DNA from: Octopus vulgaris | Lineage: Eukaryota | NCBI GenBank assembly: GCA_951406725.2 | Contig: OX597833.1 | Location: forward strand, 30,876,001 to 30,940,000 | Direction of reading: 5' to 3' | DNA length: 64,000 nucleotides | In this document: one piece after another, positions 12,562-25,592 of the stretch | How positions within the stretch are numbered: position 1 is the stretch's first letter | Layout of the letters: each line of letters begins with the position of its first letter | Notes under the pieces: model-generated | Seen by the model: only the letters and a program-made list of their open reading frames with translations | What the model was told of the DNA's origin: nothing | Database searches by the model: none | Made by a program: the position numbers and the translations under genes

Positions 12562-13038
12562 GTGATAACAGAGGGACAAAACGACACCGCGCAATGGGAG
12601 AAGATGAGATTTTTAGGCGGCAGAAAGAAAGACAGGATTTGAGATGGAATGCTTTGCGATCGTGTGCATAAGTTTCTATGAGTGGAAGTTGGGAAAAGAT
12701 GGGTTAGAGAATTTAGCGACAGAAAGAAAGACCAAATTTGAGACGAGATGTTTTTGCGAAGTTTTTGTGAATGAAAGTTTATATGCTTCAGCTAGCATTT
12801 GAGACGAAAGACAACGATAACGCCAATATATGGGGAAACAATAATAATAAGAAGGCTTGATGGTGATGATGATACTTGCAAAAACAATGAAAAGAAGGAA
12901 CAGGACTTAGCTGATATTTTTCATCCTGCGTATTGGCTAAGCCTGTGGAAGCGAGTGAAGGCGAGATATATATACAGAGAGAGAGAGAGACAGTGATAAC
13001 AGAGGGAGAAAACCGACACCACATAGCGAGAGAGAGAG

Positions 13039-13081
<43 letters not shown>

Positions 13082-13553
13082 GTGATAACAGAGGGACAAA
13101 ACGACACCGCGCAATGGGAGAAGATGAGATTTTTAGGCGGCAGAAAGAAAGACAGGATTTGAGATGGAATGCTTTGCGATCGTGTGCATAAGTTTCTATG
13201 AGTGGAAGTTGGGAAAAGATGGGTTAGAGAATTTAGCGACAGAAAGAAAGACCAAATTTGAGACGAGATGTTTTTGCGAAGTTTTTGTGAATGAAAGTTT
13301 ATATGCTTCAGCTAGCATTTGAGACGAAAGACAACGATAACGCCAATATATGGGGAAACAATAATAATAAGAAGGCTTGATGGTGATGATGATACTTGCA
13401 AAAACAATGAAAAGAAGGAACAGGACTTAGCTGATATTTTTCATCCTGCGTATTGGCTAAGCCTGTGGAAGCGAGTGAAGGCGAGATATATATACAGAGA
13501 GAGAGAGAGACAGTGATAACAGAGGGAGAAACCGACACCACATAGCGAGAGAG

Positions 13554-13592
<39 letters not shown>

Positions 13593-14063
13593 GTGATAAC
13601 AGAGGGACAAAACGACACCGCGCAATGGGAGAAGATGAGATTTTTAGGCGGCAGAAAGAAAGACAGGATTTGAGATGGAATGCTTTGCGATCGTGTGCAT
13701 AAGTTTCTATGAGTGGAAGTTGGGAAAAGATGGGTTAGAGAATTTAGCGACAGAAAGAAAGACCAAATTTGAGACGAGATGTTTTTGCGAAGTTTTTGTG
13801 AATGAAAGTTTATATGCTTCAGCTAGCATTTGAGACGAAAGACAACGATAACGCCAATATATGGGGAAACAATAATAATAAGAAGGCTTGATGGTGATGA
13901 TGATACTTGCAAAAACAATGAAAAGAAGGAACAGGACTTAGCTGATATTTTTCATCCTGCGTATTGGCTAAGCCTGTGGAAGCGAGTGAAGGCGAGATAT
14001 ATATACAGAGAGAGAGAGAGACAGTGATAACAGAGGGAGAAAACCGACACCACATAGCGAGAG

Positions 14064-14098
<35 letters not shown>

Positions 14099-14574
14099 GT
14101 GATAACAGAGGGACAAAACGACACCGCGCAATGGGAGAAGATGAGATTTTTAGGCGGCAGAAAGAAAGACAGGATTTGAGATGGAATGCTTTGCGATCGT
14201 GTGCATAAGTTTCTATGAGTGGAAGTTGGGAAAAGATGGGTTAGAGAATTTAGCGACAGAAAGAAAGACCAAATTTGAGACGAGATGTTTTTGCGAAGTT
14301 TTTGTGAATGAAAGTTTATATGCTTCAGCTAGCATTTGAGACGAAAGACAACGATAACGCCAATATATGGGGAAACAATAATAATAAGAAGGCTTGATGG
14401 TGATGATGATACTTGCAAAAACAATGAAAAGAAGGAACAGGACTTAGCTGATATTTTTCATCCTGCGTATTGGCTAAGCCTGTGGAAGCGAGTGAAGGCG
14501 AGATATATATACAGAGAGAGAGAGAGACAGTGATAACAGAGGGAGAAACCGACACCACATAGCGAGAGAGAGAG

Positions 14575-14615
<41 letters not shown>

Positions 14616-15080
14616 ATAGTGATAACAGAGGGACAAAACGACACCGCGCAATGGGAGAAGATGAGATTTTTAGGCGGCAGAAAGAAAGACAGGATTTGAG
14701 ATGGAATGCTTTGCGATCGTGTGCATAAGTTTCTATGAGTGGAAGTTGGGAAAAGATGGGTTAGAGAATTTAGCGACAGAAAGAAAGACCAAATTTGAGA
14801 CGAGATGTTTTTGCGAAGTTTTTGTGAATGAAAGTTTATATGCTTCAGCTAGCATTTGAGACGAAAGACAACGATAACGCCAATATATGGGGAAACAATA
14901 ATAATAAGAAGGCTTGATGGTGATGATGATACTTGCAAAAACAATGAAAAGAAGGAACAGGACTTAGCTGATATTTTTCATCCTGCGTATTGGCTAAGCC
15001 TGTGGAAGCGAGTGAAGGCGAGATATATATACAGAGAGAGAGAGAGACAGTGATAACAGAGGGAGAAACCGACACCACAT

Positions 15081-15125
<45 letters not shown>

Positions 15126-15587
15126 GTGATAACAGAGGGACAAAACGACACCGCGCAATGGGAGAAGATGAGATTTTTAGGCGGCAGAAAGAAAGACAGG
15201 ATTTGAGATGGAATGCTTTGCGATCGTGTGCATAAGTTTCTATGAGTGGAAGTTGGGAAAAGATGGGTTAGAGAATTTAGCGACAGAAAGAAAGACCAAA
15301 TTTGAGACGAGATGTTTTTGCGAAGTTTTTGTGAATGAAAGTTTATATGCTTCAGCTAGCATTTGAGACGAAAGACAACGATAACGCCAATATATGGGGA
15401 AACAATAATAATAAGAAGGCTTGATGGTGATGATGATACTTGCAAAAACAATGAAAAGAAGGAACAGGACTTAGCTGATATTTTTCATCCTGCGTATTGG
15501 CTAAGCCTGTGGAAGCGAGTGAAGGCGAGATATATATACAGAGAGAGAGAGAGACAGTGATAACAGAGGGAGAAACCGACACCACAT

Positions 15588-15634
<47 letters not shown>

Positions 15635-16110
15635 GTGATAACAGAGGGACAAAACGACACCGCGCAATGGGAGAAGATGAGATTTTTAGGCGGCAGAAAG
15701 AAAGACAGGATTTGAGATGGAATGCTTTGCGATCGTGTGCATAAGTTTCTATGAGTGGAAGTTGGGAAAAGATGGGTTAGAGAATTTAGCGACAGAAAGA
15801 AAGACCAAATTTGAGACGAGATGTTTTTGCGAAGTTTTTGTGAATGAAAGTTTATATGCTTCAGCTAGCATTTGAGACGAAAGACAACGATAACGCCAAT
15901 ATATGGGGAAACAATAATAATAAGAAGGCTTGATGGTGATGATGATACTTGCAAAAACAATGAAAAGAAGGAACAGGACTTAGCTGATATTTTTCATCCT
16001 GCGTATTGGCTAAGCCTGTGGAAGCGAGTGAAGGCGAGATATATATACAGAGAGAGAGAGAGACAGTGATAACAGAGGGAGAAACCGACACCACATAGCG
16101 AGAGAGAGAG

Positions 16111-16147
<37 letters not shown>

Positions 16148-16610
16148 GTGATAACAGAGGGACAAAACGACACCGCGCAATGGGAGAAGATGAGATTTTT
16201 AGGCGGCAGAAAGAAAGACAGGATTTGAGATGGAATGCTTTGCGATCGTGTGCATAAGTTTCTATGAGTGGAAGTTGGGAAAAGATGGGTTAGAGAATTT
16301 AGCGACAGAAAGAAAGACCAAATTTGAGACGAGATGTTTTTGCGAAGTTTTTGTGAATGAAAGTTTATATGCTTCAGCTAGCATTTGAGACGAAAGACAA
16401 CGATAACGCCAATATATGGGGAAACAATAATAATAAGAAGGCTTGATGGTGATGATGATACTTGCAAAAACAATGAAAAGAAGGAACAGGACTTAGCTGA
16501 TATTTTTCATCCTGCGTATTGGCTAAGCCTGTGGAAGCGAGTGAAGGCGAGATATATATACAGAGAGAGAGAGAGACAGTGATAACAGAGGGAGAAAACC
16601 GACACCACAT

Positions 16611-16667
<57 letters not shown>

Positions 16668-17538
16668 GTGATAACAGAGGGAGAAACCGACACCACATAG
16701 CGAGAGAGAGAGAGCGAGAGAGAGAGAGAGAGAGAGAGAGACATAGTGATAACAGAGGGACAAAACGACACCGCGCAATGGGAGAAGATGAGATTTTTAG
16801 GCGGCAGAAAGAAAGACAGGATTTGAGATGGAATGCTTTGCGATCGTGTGCATAAGTTTCTATGAGTGGAAGTTGGGAAAAGATGGGTTAGAGAATTTAG
16901 CGACAGAAAGAAAGACCAAATTTGAGACGAGATGTTTTTGCGAAGTTTTTGTGAATGAAAGTTTATATGCTTCAGCTAGCATTTGAGACGAAAGACAACG
17001 ATAACGCCAATATATGGGGAAACAATAATAATAAGAAGGCTTGATGGTGATGATGATACTTGCAAAAACAATGAAAAGAAGGAACAGGACTTAGCTGATA
17101 TTTTTCATCCTGCGTATTGGCTAAGCCTGTGGAAGCGAGTGAAGGCGAGATATATATACAGAGAGAGAGAGAGACAGTGATAACAGAGGGAGAAACCGAC
17201 ACCACATAGCGAGAGAGAGAGAGCGAGAGAGAGAGAGAGAGACATAGTGATAACAGAGGGACAAAACGACACCGCGCAATGGGAGAAGATGAGATTTTTA
17301 GGCGGCAGAAAGAAAGACAGGATTTGAGATGGAATGCTTTGCGATCGTGTGCATAAGTTTCTATGAGTGGAAGTTGGGAAAAGATGGGTTAGAGAATTTA
17401 GCGACAGAAAGAAAGACCAAATTTGAGACGAGATGTTTTTGCGAAGTTTTTGTGAATGAAAGTTTATATGCTTCAGCTAGCATTTGAGACGAAAGACAAC
17501 GATAACGCCAATATATGGGGAAACAATAATAATAAGAA
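9603..17538 (-). mobile_element. Non-autonomous RTE derivative: 3' UTR fused to 5' UTR plus tandem monomer array, no ORF
   Basis: (CAT)n tail and 3' end (9603-9860) match 34730-34947. Segment 9879-10535 matches the 5' UTR at 30752-31222. Both ends lie in (TA)n. Confidence 0.75.
10524..17538. repeat. Tandem array of ~510 bp units, 13 full copies plus one partial
   Basis: An identical 65 aa ORF recurs at 10737, 11250 and so on to 16983, spaced 506-523 bp, with one 598 bp unit carrying an internal duplication. Variation is almost entirely in (GA)n length. Confidence 0.97.
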
Positions 17539-18726
17539 TATATATATATATGTGTGTGTGTGTGTATGTATGTATGTATAATTGAAAAAATTGGATGAAC
17601 AAGAAGGGTTATGGTTGGATATTAATTTTTTAATTACTACAATTGTTTCCATGCAACATAGTTCTCCAGATGTACAGATACTTGATTATGCAACTGTTTC
17701 CCCACATTATGAGATCTAGCTGTGTTTCCTCAGGTGATATATAAATATCGTCTCCATAAGTTTATGATCCTTGGCTTCAAGAACATCCTCTCTGTCTGTC
17801 ATGGCCTGAATTTAGTAGTAGTCACTAAGATTATCAGTGTGTGTTGTTGCTAAAGGGTCATTGGAAAACTGTTTTGAATGTGTAGGTGTAGGTGATGGTG
17901 ATTCTAGCACTGTTAATGTAGTTGCTATTTTAAAGAGATTGGCATTTTATTTCTTTGTACTGCTGATTTGCTCTTCATAGTAGGTTACACATGCAATTGT
18001 CCTTAGCTGACCTTTAAGATTCAATGCTCAGACACATATACACGTGCACACTCACACACATACATATATATATATACACATGTGAATGTACATATGTGTG
18101 TGTCCAAGCCTTGATTCTTAAAGAAGATAACCACTCTGAAATGCTTGTACCTCACAGTCTAGATAGGTGGTGCTGGAAACTGATTTAATTTAGGTATATT
18201 TACATTTGTCTACAGCGAAAAATTTTCCCCCATGACAAAACAGTGAAGGACTTGTTTACAAGTTGAAACGTACCACAACCATATGTGAACTGGTAATAAC
18301 ATTGTGTTAATATATGTATACATACATGCATACACACATACATATATATCTATACTCACTCACACATACTCATATATATAATGAATACTTATAAATATAT
18401 ATGCACATATATACATGTACATGCACACACACACACATATCTGAATATACATGCATACAGCTATACATACATATAAACACACACATACACAATCATAGAT
18501 ATGTATATATATACACACACACGTATAAATATATGTACATACATACACATACATAGATATGTGTATATTTATGTAAATAAAATAGAATGAAGTATTTAAT
18601 AGACATGTATAAATGTGGATCAAATAAATAAATAAGGAAATGGGTGTAAAGTTTATGCATCTATATGTGCATATACATATAAACATACATATATACACAT
18701 ACTCATGCATTTACAAATATATATAT

Positions 18727-18851
18727 ACAAGGCTTTGGTCGGCCCGAGGCTATAGTAGAAGACACTGGCCCAGGTGCCACGCAGTGGGACTGAACCCGAA
18801 ACCATGTGGTTGGTAAGCAAGCTACTTACCACACAGCCACTCCTGCACCTA
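18727..18851 (-). mobile_element. tRNA-headed SINE, 5' part
   Basis: Reverse complement shows A-box-like TGGCTGTGTGG and B-box-like GGTTCAGTCC. Confidence 0.75.
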
Positions 18852-18957
18852 TATATATATATATATATATATGTATGCATATGTGCAAATTTGTATGTTT
18901 TGTTTTATGTATGTATTCTCATTCATAGAACTACATATAGTAGACATGCTCATATAT

Positions 18958-19062
18958 ATATTTCTTTACTACCCACAAGGGGCTACACACAGAGGGGACA
19001 AACAAGGACAGACAAAGGGATTAAGTCAATTATATCGACCCCAATGCGTAACTGGTACTTAA
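18958..19062 (-). mobile_element. SINE 3' fragment of the second family
   Basis: Reverse complement of about 19288-19390. Confidence 0.65.
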
Positions 19063-19155
19063 GAACCAGTTGTGTATCGTGGTGGATGTAAGCGACTACG
19101 CTCTTCCCCTACAACTTCGGGCCCTGTGCCTGTAGCAGAAAAGGTTATCTTTATT

Positions 19156-19392
19156 GGGAGGTGAGCTGGCAGAAACGTTAGCATGCTGGGCGAAATGCCT
19201 AGCAGTATTTCGTCTGCCGTTATGTTCTGAGTTCAAATTCCGCTGAGGTCGACTTTGCCTTTCATCCTTTCGGGGGTCGATTAATAAAGTACCAGTTACG
19301 CACTGGGGTCGTTGTAATCGACTTAATCCCTTTGTCTGTCCTTGCTTGTCTTCTCTGCGTTTAGCCCACTGTGGACAATAAAGAAATAAATA
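19156..19392 (+). mobile_element. tRNA-headed SINE, second family
   Basis: AGCTGGCAGAA...GAGTTCAAATTCC box-like motifs and core gcctttcatcctttcggggtcgat; further copies at 19731-19915 and 49715-49830. Confidence 0.75.
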
Positions 19393-19730
19393 CCTCTTCT
19401 TCTTCTCCTTCTTCCAATTCTTCTTCTTCTTCTCCTCCTTCTTCCAATTCTTCTTCGTCTTCTTCTTTTCCTTCTTCTTCTCCTCCTCCTCCTCCTTCTT
19501 GTCCTCCTCCTCCTCCTCTTCCTTCTCCTCCTCCTCCTCCTTCTTCTTCTCCTCCTCCTCTTCCTTCTTCTCCTCCTCCTCCTTCTTCTTCTTCTCCTTC
19601 TCTTCTTCTTCTTTTCTTCTTCTTCTTCTTTTTCTTCTTCTTCTTTTTCTTCTTCTTCTTCTTTTTCTTCTTCTTCTTCTTTTTCTTCCTCTTCTCCTCC
19701 TCCTTCTCCTTCTTCTTCGTCTTCTTCTTC
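19393..19730. repeat. (CTT/CCT)n polypyrimidine tract
   Basis: Directly visible, about 340 bp. Confidence 0.95.
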
Positions 19731-20380
19731 GCATGCTGGGCGAAATTCTTAGTGATATTTCACCCGTTGCATTCTGAGTTCAAATTCCGTTGATGTCAAC
19801 TTTGCCTTTCATCCTTTCGGGGGTCAATACAATAAGTACCAGTTACGCAATGGGCTCGATGTAATCGGCTCATCCCCACATCCCCCACCCCAAGCTGCTC
19901 TTGTTGCAAAAATTTGAAATTATCATCATCATCATCATCATTGTTATTATTATCATCATCATCAAGTTGGAAAGCTGGCAGAATCATTAGCATGCCTGAC
20001 GAAATGCTGGTGGTAGTGGTGGTGGTGACGGTGGTGGTGGTGACGGTGGTGGTGGTGACTGCGGTGGTGGTGGTGGTGCTGTGTGGTGTCGATGGTAGTT
20101 TTAGTGGTGGAGGTGGTGGTTGAGGTGGTGGTGATGGGTTGACCTTTATGTCAGGTCAGTCTCCAACCCAAGGGCCACTTTGTATGGAGCACACCCATAT
20201 CAATCTCTCTCTCCTTCTTCCCCGGCTCTCTCCCCCTCTCACCCCTCCATCCCTCACTTATACTCTATACATTCTCTATGCATTCACACACACCCGTACA
20301 CACACACATTGAAACAGAAATACATATACCTAATATATTCATATACGCGTATATATATACATATGTATATATACATATGC

Positions 20381-20432
<52 letters not shown>

Positions 20433-20586
20433 GTATATATAGATTTATACATATGTATACATGTGTTTGTTTATATTATACATACACATCATGTATCGCT
20501 CTTTCTCTCTCTCATACTCTATCTATATACACATACATACATACATGCATACATATATACACACACACACACACATATATATATAT

Positions 20587-20624
<38 letters not shown>

Positions 20625-20686
20625 ACATACATATATATATATATACATACATATATATATATATACACACATACATATATATATAT

Positions 20687-20741
<55 letters not shown>

Positions 20742-20757
20742 CATATATATATATACA

Positions 20758-21984
20758 CTAGCAGAATTGCCCGGCGTTGCTCGGGGCTGAATTGCTTGAA
20801 AGTACTGTTAATGATTGCACTGAATTATGATGATTCTTCAGGCAAATATTGATATAAGCTTACGGTGAGAGATAAGGACTTAACGATCAAACGTGTGCCA
20901 TTGCATTGTTTTGGGGGAACCAAATTTCTAATGAGCATCATAGGGGCACCAACTTTAAGTTTGAGAAAGTGTGGTGGTAGTCCGGGGTGCTCAAAGGAAT
21001 TGAGTACCTCTATTGGATAGTTGATGACGTCCTCTGGATCAGGAGTTGTATCGATAGACTGATATACATAGACTTCCCCAGGAATGAGTTTTAGCATTTC
21101 ATCATTAATATGGTGAACAGTTTTATTCCTCGGGGCCAGTATAGCCTTTTTGCCAATCCAATCCATATTCTGATAATTAGCTTGTAGATCTGGGAACACT
21201 GCATCTCTGAGATCAGAAGGCGTCTTAACAATGGTACAAATGGAATCGATGGCAATATTACCATTTTCATCCCCTGGTATTTTGCCTTCGCCAAGTGCAA
21301 GGAGGGTGTGAGGAAATGCTGCTGATGTGATATTACGTCGCATATGAGCACGCATATTGGTGTGAAGTTTGAGAGTTACTTCCGTTTATTTTTTAAAATA
21401 TGCATTAAAATGGAAAAAAATGATGGTAAATTATTTGTAAAATCATAGACTCATCGTAGACGCGCGCTAATACCCAGAAGGGCTCGATATGAATGACGAC
21501 TATAAGATACCCGGTTTTGGTTAAACTGCATCGCAAAATGTGGGAGTAGTTAGGAATCTAAATCGGAGTAGACAGACACACAACCTTTCTTTTATATATA
21601 AATATTTTCGTCCTAAAAAACTTTGTATAGAGTGAATGGTTACCTCTATGGAAATATATACACACACGTTATACATACATGTGTGCATAGATGAATATAT
21701 AAATACATTTATATATCTATATACACTTTTGGGCGATCTCTGTGCTACTTAGAGATAACTTTAGATCTTATTTTCGTCCTAAAAGACTTTGTGCGGAGTG
21801 AATGGTTATGTGTATGGAAATATATACACACACATTATACATACATCTGTGTATAGATGAATATATAAATACATTTAAATATCTATATACACTTTTGGGC
21901 GATTTTTCTGCTACTTGGATATAGGTCTTATATTCGTCCTAAAAATCTTTCCTGTCACACACTCACGCACACACACACACGCAC

Positions 21985-22022
<38 letters not shown>

Positions 22023-22639
22023 ACACGCACGGTAGTGAAATGTTACCTCTATGGAAATATATACACACACATTATACATACATCTGTGTATAGATGAATA
22101 TATAAATACATTTAAATATCTATATACACTTTTGGTCGATCTTTCTGCTACTTGGATATAGGTCTTATATTCGTCGTAAAAAACTTTCCTGTCACACACT
22201 CACGCACACGCACACACACACACACACGCACCCTCACACACACACACACACACGCGCACACACACACACGCACGTTAGCTTACAATTTTATTTATATATT
22301 TGCGTGTCTATGTGTGTAAAGTGGAAGTGGGAGGCAGAGTGAAAGAATCACTCACTACAGAAAGTGAATTACTTTCATTTTATTCGTTACACACTGTGTG
22401 TGTGCGTTTGCATGTGCTGTATCCCACACTAAGAGAAGCATTTGACTCATACACCACAATGTGAGTTTTCTCTAAATTTTGCTTAATTGGGGTTGAAATT
22501 TTAAAAAGTGGACCTGTCACGACCCGATGCATTCTACTCTTAAAAATGCTAGGTAAATTGTAATTGAAGAAATCCTATATTGTAGATTTCTATAAGATAC
22601 AAAGGGAGGCAGATAAAATCTGCCTTTTATAATAAGAGA
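20758..22639 (-). mobile_element. Composite Helitron with PIF1 helicase fragment (about 20860-21375)
   Basis: 5' TC end, 3' hairpin plus CTAG. Peptide motifs AILAPRN, GLPPHFLKLKVGAPMMLIRNL, CNGTRL. Confidence 0.9.
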
Positions 22640-22689
22640 TATATACACTCATATGTGCATATACATACATACATATATGCATATATACG

Positions 22690-23460
22690 CACCTATAAAA
22701 GGATATGAAATAAGGGATGTAGAAATAAGAATTTCGGTATGTGAAGGGAGTGGGTGAATTATATGAAATGGACCTGCAATTGATAAATTTGGTGAGTTAA
22801 GTAAAATAAGAAACAACAGTAAAATATCTCTTATTGTCAGACAGGATGTTAACTGTTCTCTGGTATAGAAGTATGTAAAAGCCATGATGCAAAGTTCAGG
22901 AGTGAGTGGTGTGTAAACATCTCCTACAACAGTGGATTGTAGATGCATTGGCATTCAAAAATGTTGTCCAAACTGCATTGTGAAAAGGAGAAAGTGGGTT
23001 TCAAACTCTGGAAGATGTGAGGTAGCATGAGGTATAACAAGTGTATGCAAATAAAATACTTTATAGATTGTAGAGCTTGTAAACACACACACACATGCAT
23101 ATATGCATGTATATAAAATATACATGTGCACATACATATACATGCGTACATACATGCACATACACACATGTATATACACACCTATAAAAATTATGAAATA
23201 AGGGGTGTAGAAATAAGAAAAAGATGCAGAAATTTGACATGTAAAGGGAGTGGACTGAATTACATGGAATGAATCTAAAGTAGATAAATCAGGGGAGTTA
23301 AGTAAAATAATATATAACAGTCAATTGTCTCTTATTGACAAATGGGATGTTAGAATGTTCTCTGGTTTAGAAATAAGCCATGATATCCAAACTGTGTTGC
23401 GAGAAAGAGAAAGTGGGTTTCAACTGTTGAAGATATGAGGTATCATGGCATATAGCAACT
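22690..23460. repeat. Diverged ~490 bp direct duplication (pLTR-like) next to a Penelope fragment
   Basis: cacctataaaa..atgaaataaggg.tgtagaaataagaa occurs at about 22690 and 23180, with collinear downstream similarity. Confidence 0.7.
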
Positions 23461-23579
23461 GTAACAAAGGTCAGGCCCTGTATATGTGGATACTAGTAAA
23501 AAAAATATATAGTGCTGGTACAGATGATGGTTTATTGGTGAGGCAATGGGTTGACATATGAACATCCCAGGGATAGTTG

Positions 23580-24180
23580 AAGGAATATTAGATTGTTAAC
23601 TCGCTGGTAGCTTGAAAAATTTTAGAAGGAAATCAACTCCCACTTGGAGTTTAATAGTTTGAGTGGTAGAGTAAAGGTGTTAAATTTTTCTGCTAAGCAG
23701 AGTTGGCACTTGCTACTGATGGAACATGCTGGAGCTGATTCTATGATAGTCCAATTAATGCTATAGTTAGCTTCTTTGTTTCTTAAACTCCAAATATAAA
23801 TTGAGAAAGTTGTTGCAGATTATTTGTCTTCATGTTTGAAGGTATTTGTATGTTGAATATACTTCAATTTGAAAGTGTTCTCAGTAAGACCTATTTTGTA
23901 TTTTTGCTGTCACTATTAGTAGCTGAAACTTCAGAGCAATAAACATTTTTTTAAGGCATTTACTGTAAAGAGAGCATGCACTGTTTTTAAGATGGTTGCA
24001 TTGAAGTAAGGGTTCATTAGTAGTGGGTGGATTTAGTTTTTTTTCTATTCTAGCTAAAGAAGAGGCAAAATTGTCTATGCAGCTGTAACTAACTTTCATT
24101 AATAACCTTATGAAACTTGTGGCTGCTAGGAAAATATTTGCTTACTAAGTTCAGGAAGGTTCTGTCAGTATTCTGTTGTG
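23580..24180 (-). mobile_element. Penelope-like element GIY-YIG region, decayed
   Basis: KVSYSC, IYIWSLRNK, INWTIIE, CQLCLAEK, LLNSKWELIS with stops and frameshifts. Confidence 0.75.
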
Positions 24181-25214
24181 GTAGATGAAGCCTTGCTTGA
24201 AAGGGTTGAACAATAGCTAAGCACAAACACTTGTGCATTTTCAGTAGAACTTGTTCCTTCACAAAGCACTATCAATCATGGCCTCCATAAGCTTGGCTTT
24301 GCAAACCGATGCTATCAAGAAACTTTTCATGTACTGACCAGTGACCAGGCTCAACTATATATGAACATTTACAAACAACTACTAGCAAATTCTTGAGATT
24401 CCCATTTTTGAACTGAATTGTAACTGGGGATGAAAAATGGATCTATTTTTGTAATCCCAATAAGAGAAACCAATGGCTTCATTCTAGCCAAGCTTCAGAA
24501 CCTTTGCCAAACAAGGGTGATTTGAACAGAAGGCCATGTTGTGTGTTTGGTGGTCCAGCGCACACTGCCACTATGACCAAGAGTGAACTTGAGGGTGGTG
24601 GAAGTATTGCCTCCTCATCCTGCCTACAGTCCAGACCTTGCACCATCAGATTAACACCTTTTCCAAGCCATGGCTTGATTCCTGCACAGATGAAGGTTCA
24701 ACAATGAGGTTGAGGTTGAAAATGGGTGCAGAGAGGTTTTTTTGTGGGGGGGGGGTCTAAACCAGCCAAATGGTATGTGTAGAATTGAGATTCTGGTACA
24801 ATGATGACACAAACAATACAATATGATGAGATAGATTTTGATGATTACATGGTTTTTATATGTAATTTGTTTGAGCAATTAGTAGATACTACTGTGAATT
24901 TTTGAAAATATTTAAATGTAATTTTCTTGGAGAGCATCCAAAATGAAACATTGATATCTCATTTGTGAAATTCAGCTGAATATTTTAAGAAATATGACAA
25001 TTTGAATGGTCAATGAATTGGCCAAAATTTTGCCTAATTTGCCTAATTAGGCAAGTAGCTATATTTGTGATGTCGTATCTTTGAAACTGAGGTGATAATC
25101 AGCTTCAAATTAATAGTAACCATGATATAGTAGTTGCCTATTTTCTTCAGGTTCTTAGAAAGAAAACTTGGGGAGTGGGGGCAGTGTTTTAAATATTTAT
25201 GTAAAGCCATTAGA

Positions 25215-25345
25215 TTGTTAACATGTTGGAAGCTTGAAGAATTTTAGAAGGGACTTCCTTACGTGGGGACATGAGGAAATCAAGTCCCATTTAGAATTTA
25301 ACAGTTTGAGTGGTTGAGTAAGGGTGTTACATGCAACAACAGTCA
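25215..25345 (-). mobile_element. Penelope-like C-terminal fragment
   Basis: LLNSKWDLISSCPHVRK; similar to 23590-23680. Confidence 0.6.
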
Positions 25346-25381
25346 ATTTTGCAGTGTTTTCAGACCTAGTTAAATCTAAAA

Positions 25382-25592
25382 CTACAAGCCACACCAACTT
25401 GAGCTTTAGCACATTTATACTAAGTAAGGAGGTAAATAAATCCTGCAATTTTGGGATATGACACCATTTCAATAAAATTTTAATAGACTATTAAAATTTT
25501 ATTGAAATGGTGTCATATCCCAAAATTGCAGGATTTATTTACCTCCTTACTTAGTATAAATATGCTAAAGCACAAGTTGGTGTGGCTTGTAG
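25382..25592. repeat. Palindrome, 105 bp arms, 1 nt loop at 25487
   Basis: ctacaagccacacc...taatag-a-ctatta...ggtgtggcttgtag. Confidence 0.95.

Noticed and set aside
10524-17538. CRISPR-like array or multicopy 65 aa gene
   Set aside because: Units are ~510 bp with no unique spacers; the ORF has a non-ATG start and ends in GA repeats.
18110-18280. Additional hammerhead-like remnants (also 7110-7160, 34965-35000 and 56470-56522)
   Set aside because: Core nucleotides are too degraded to call.
19096-19793. Poly-R/E/K and poly-S/P/F ORFs
   Set aside because: Trinucleotide repeat and SINE sequence.
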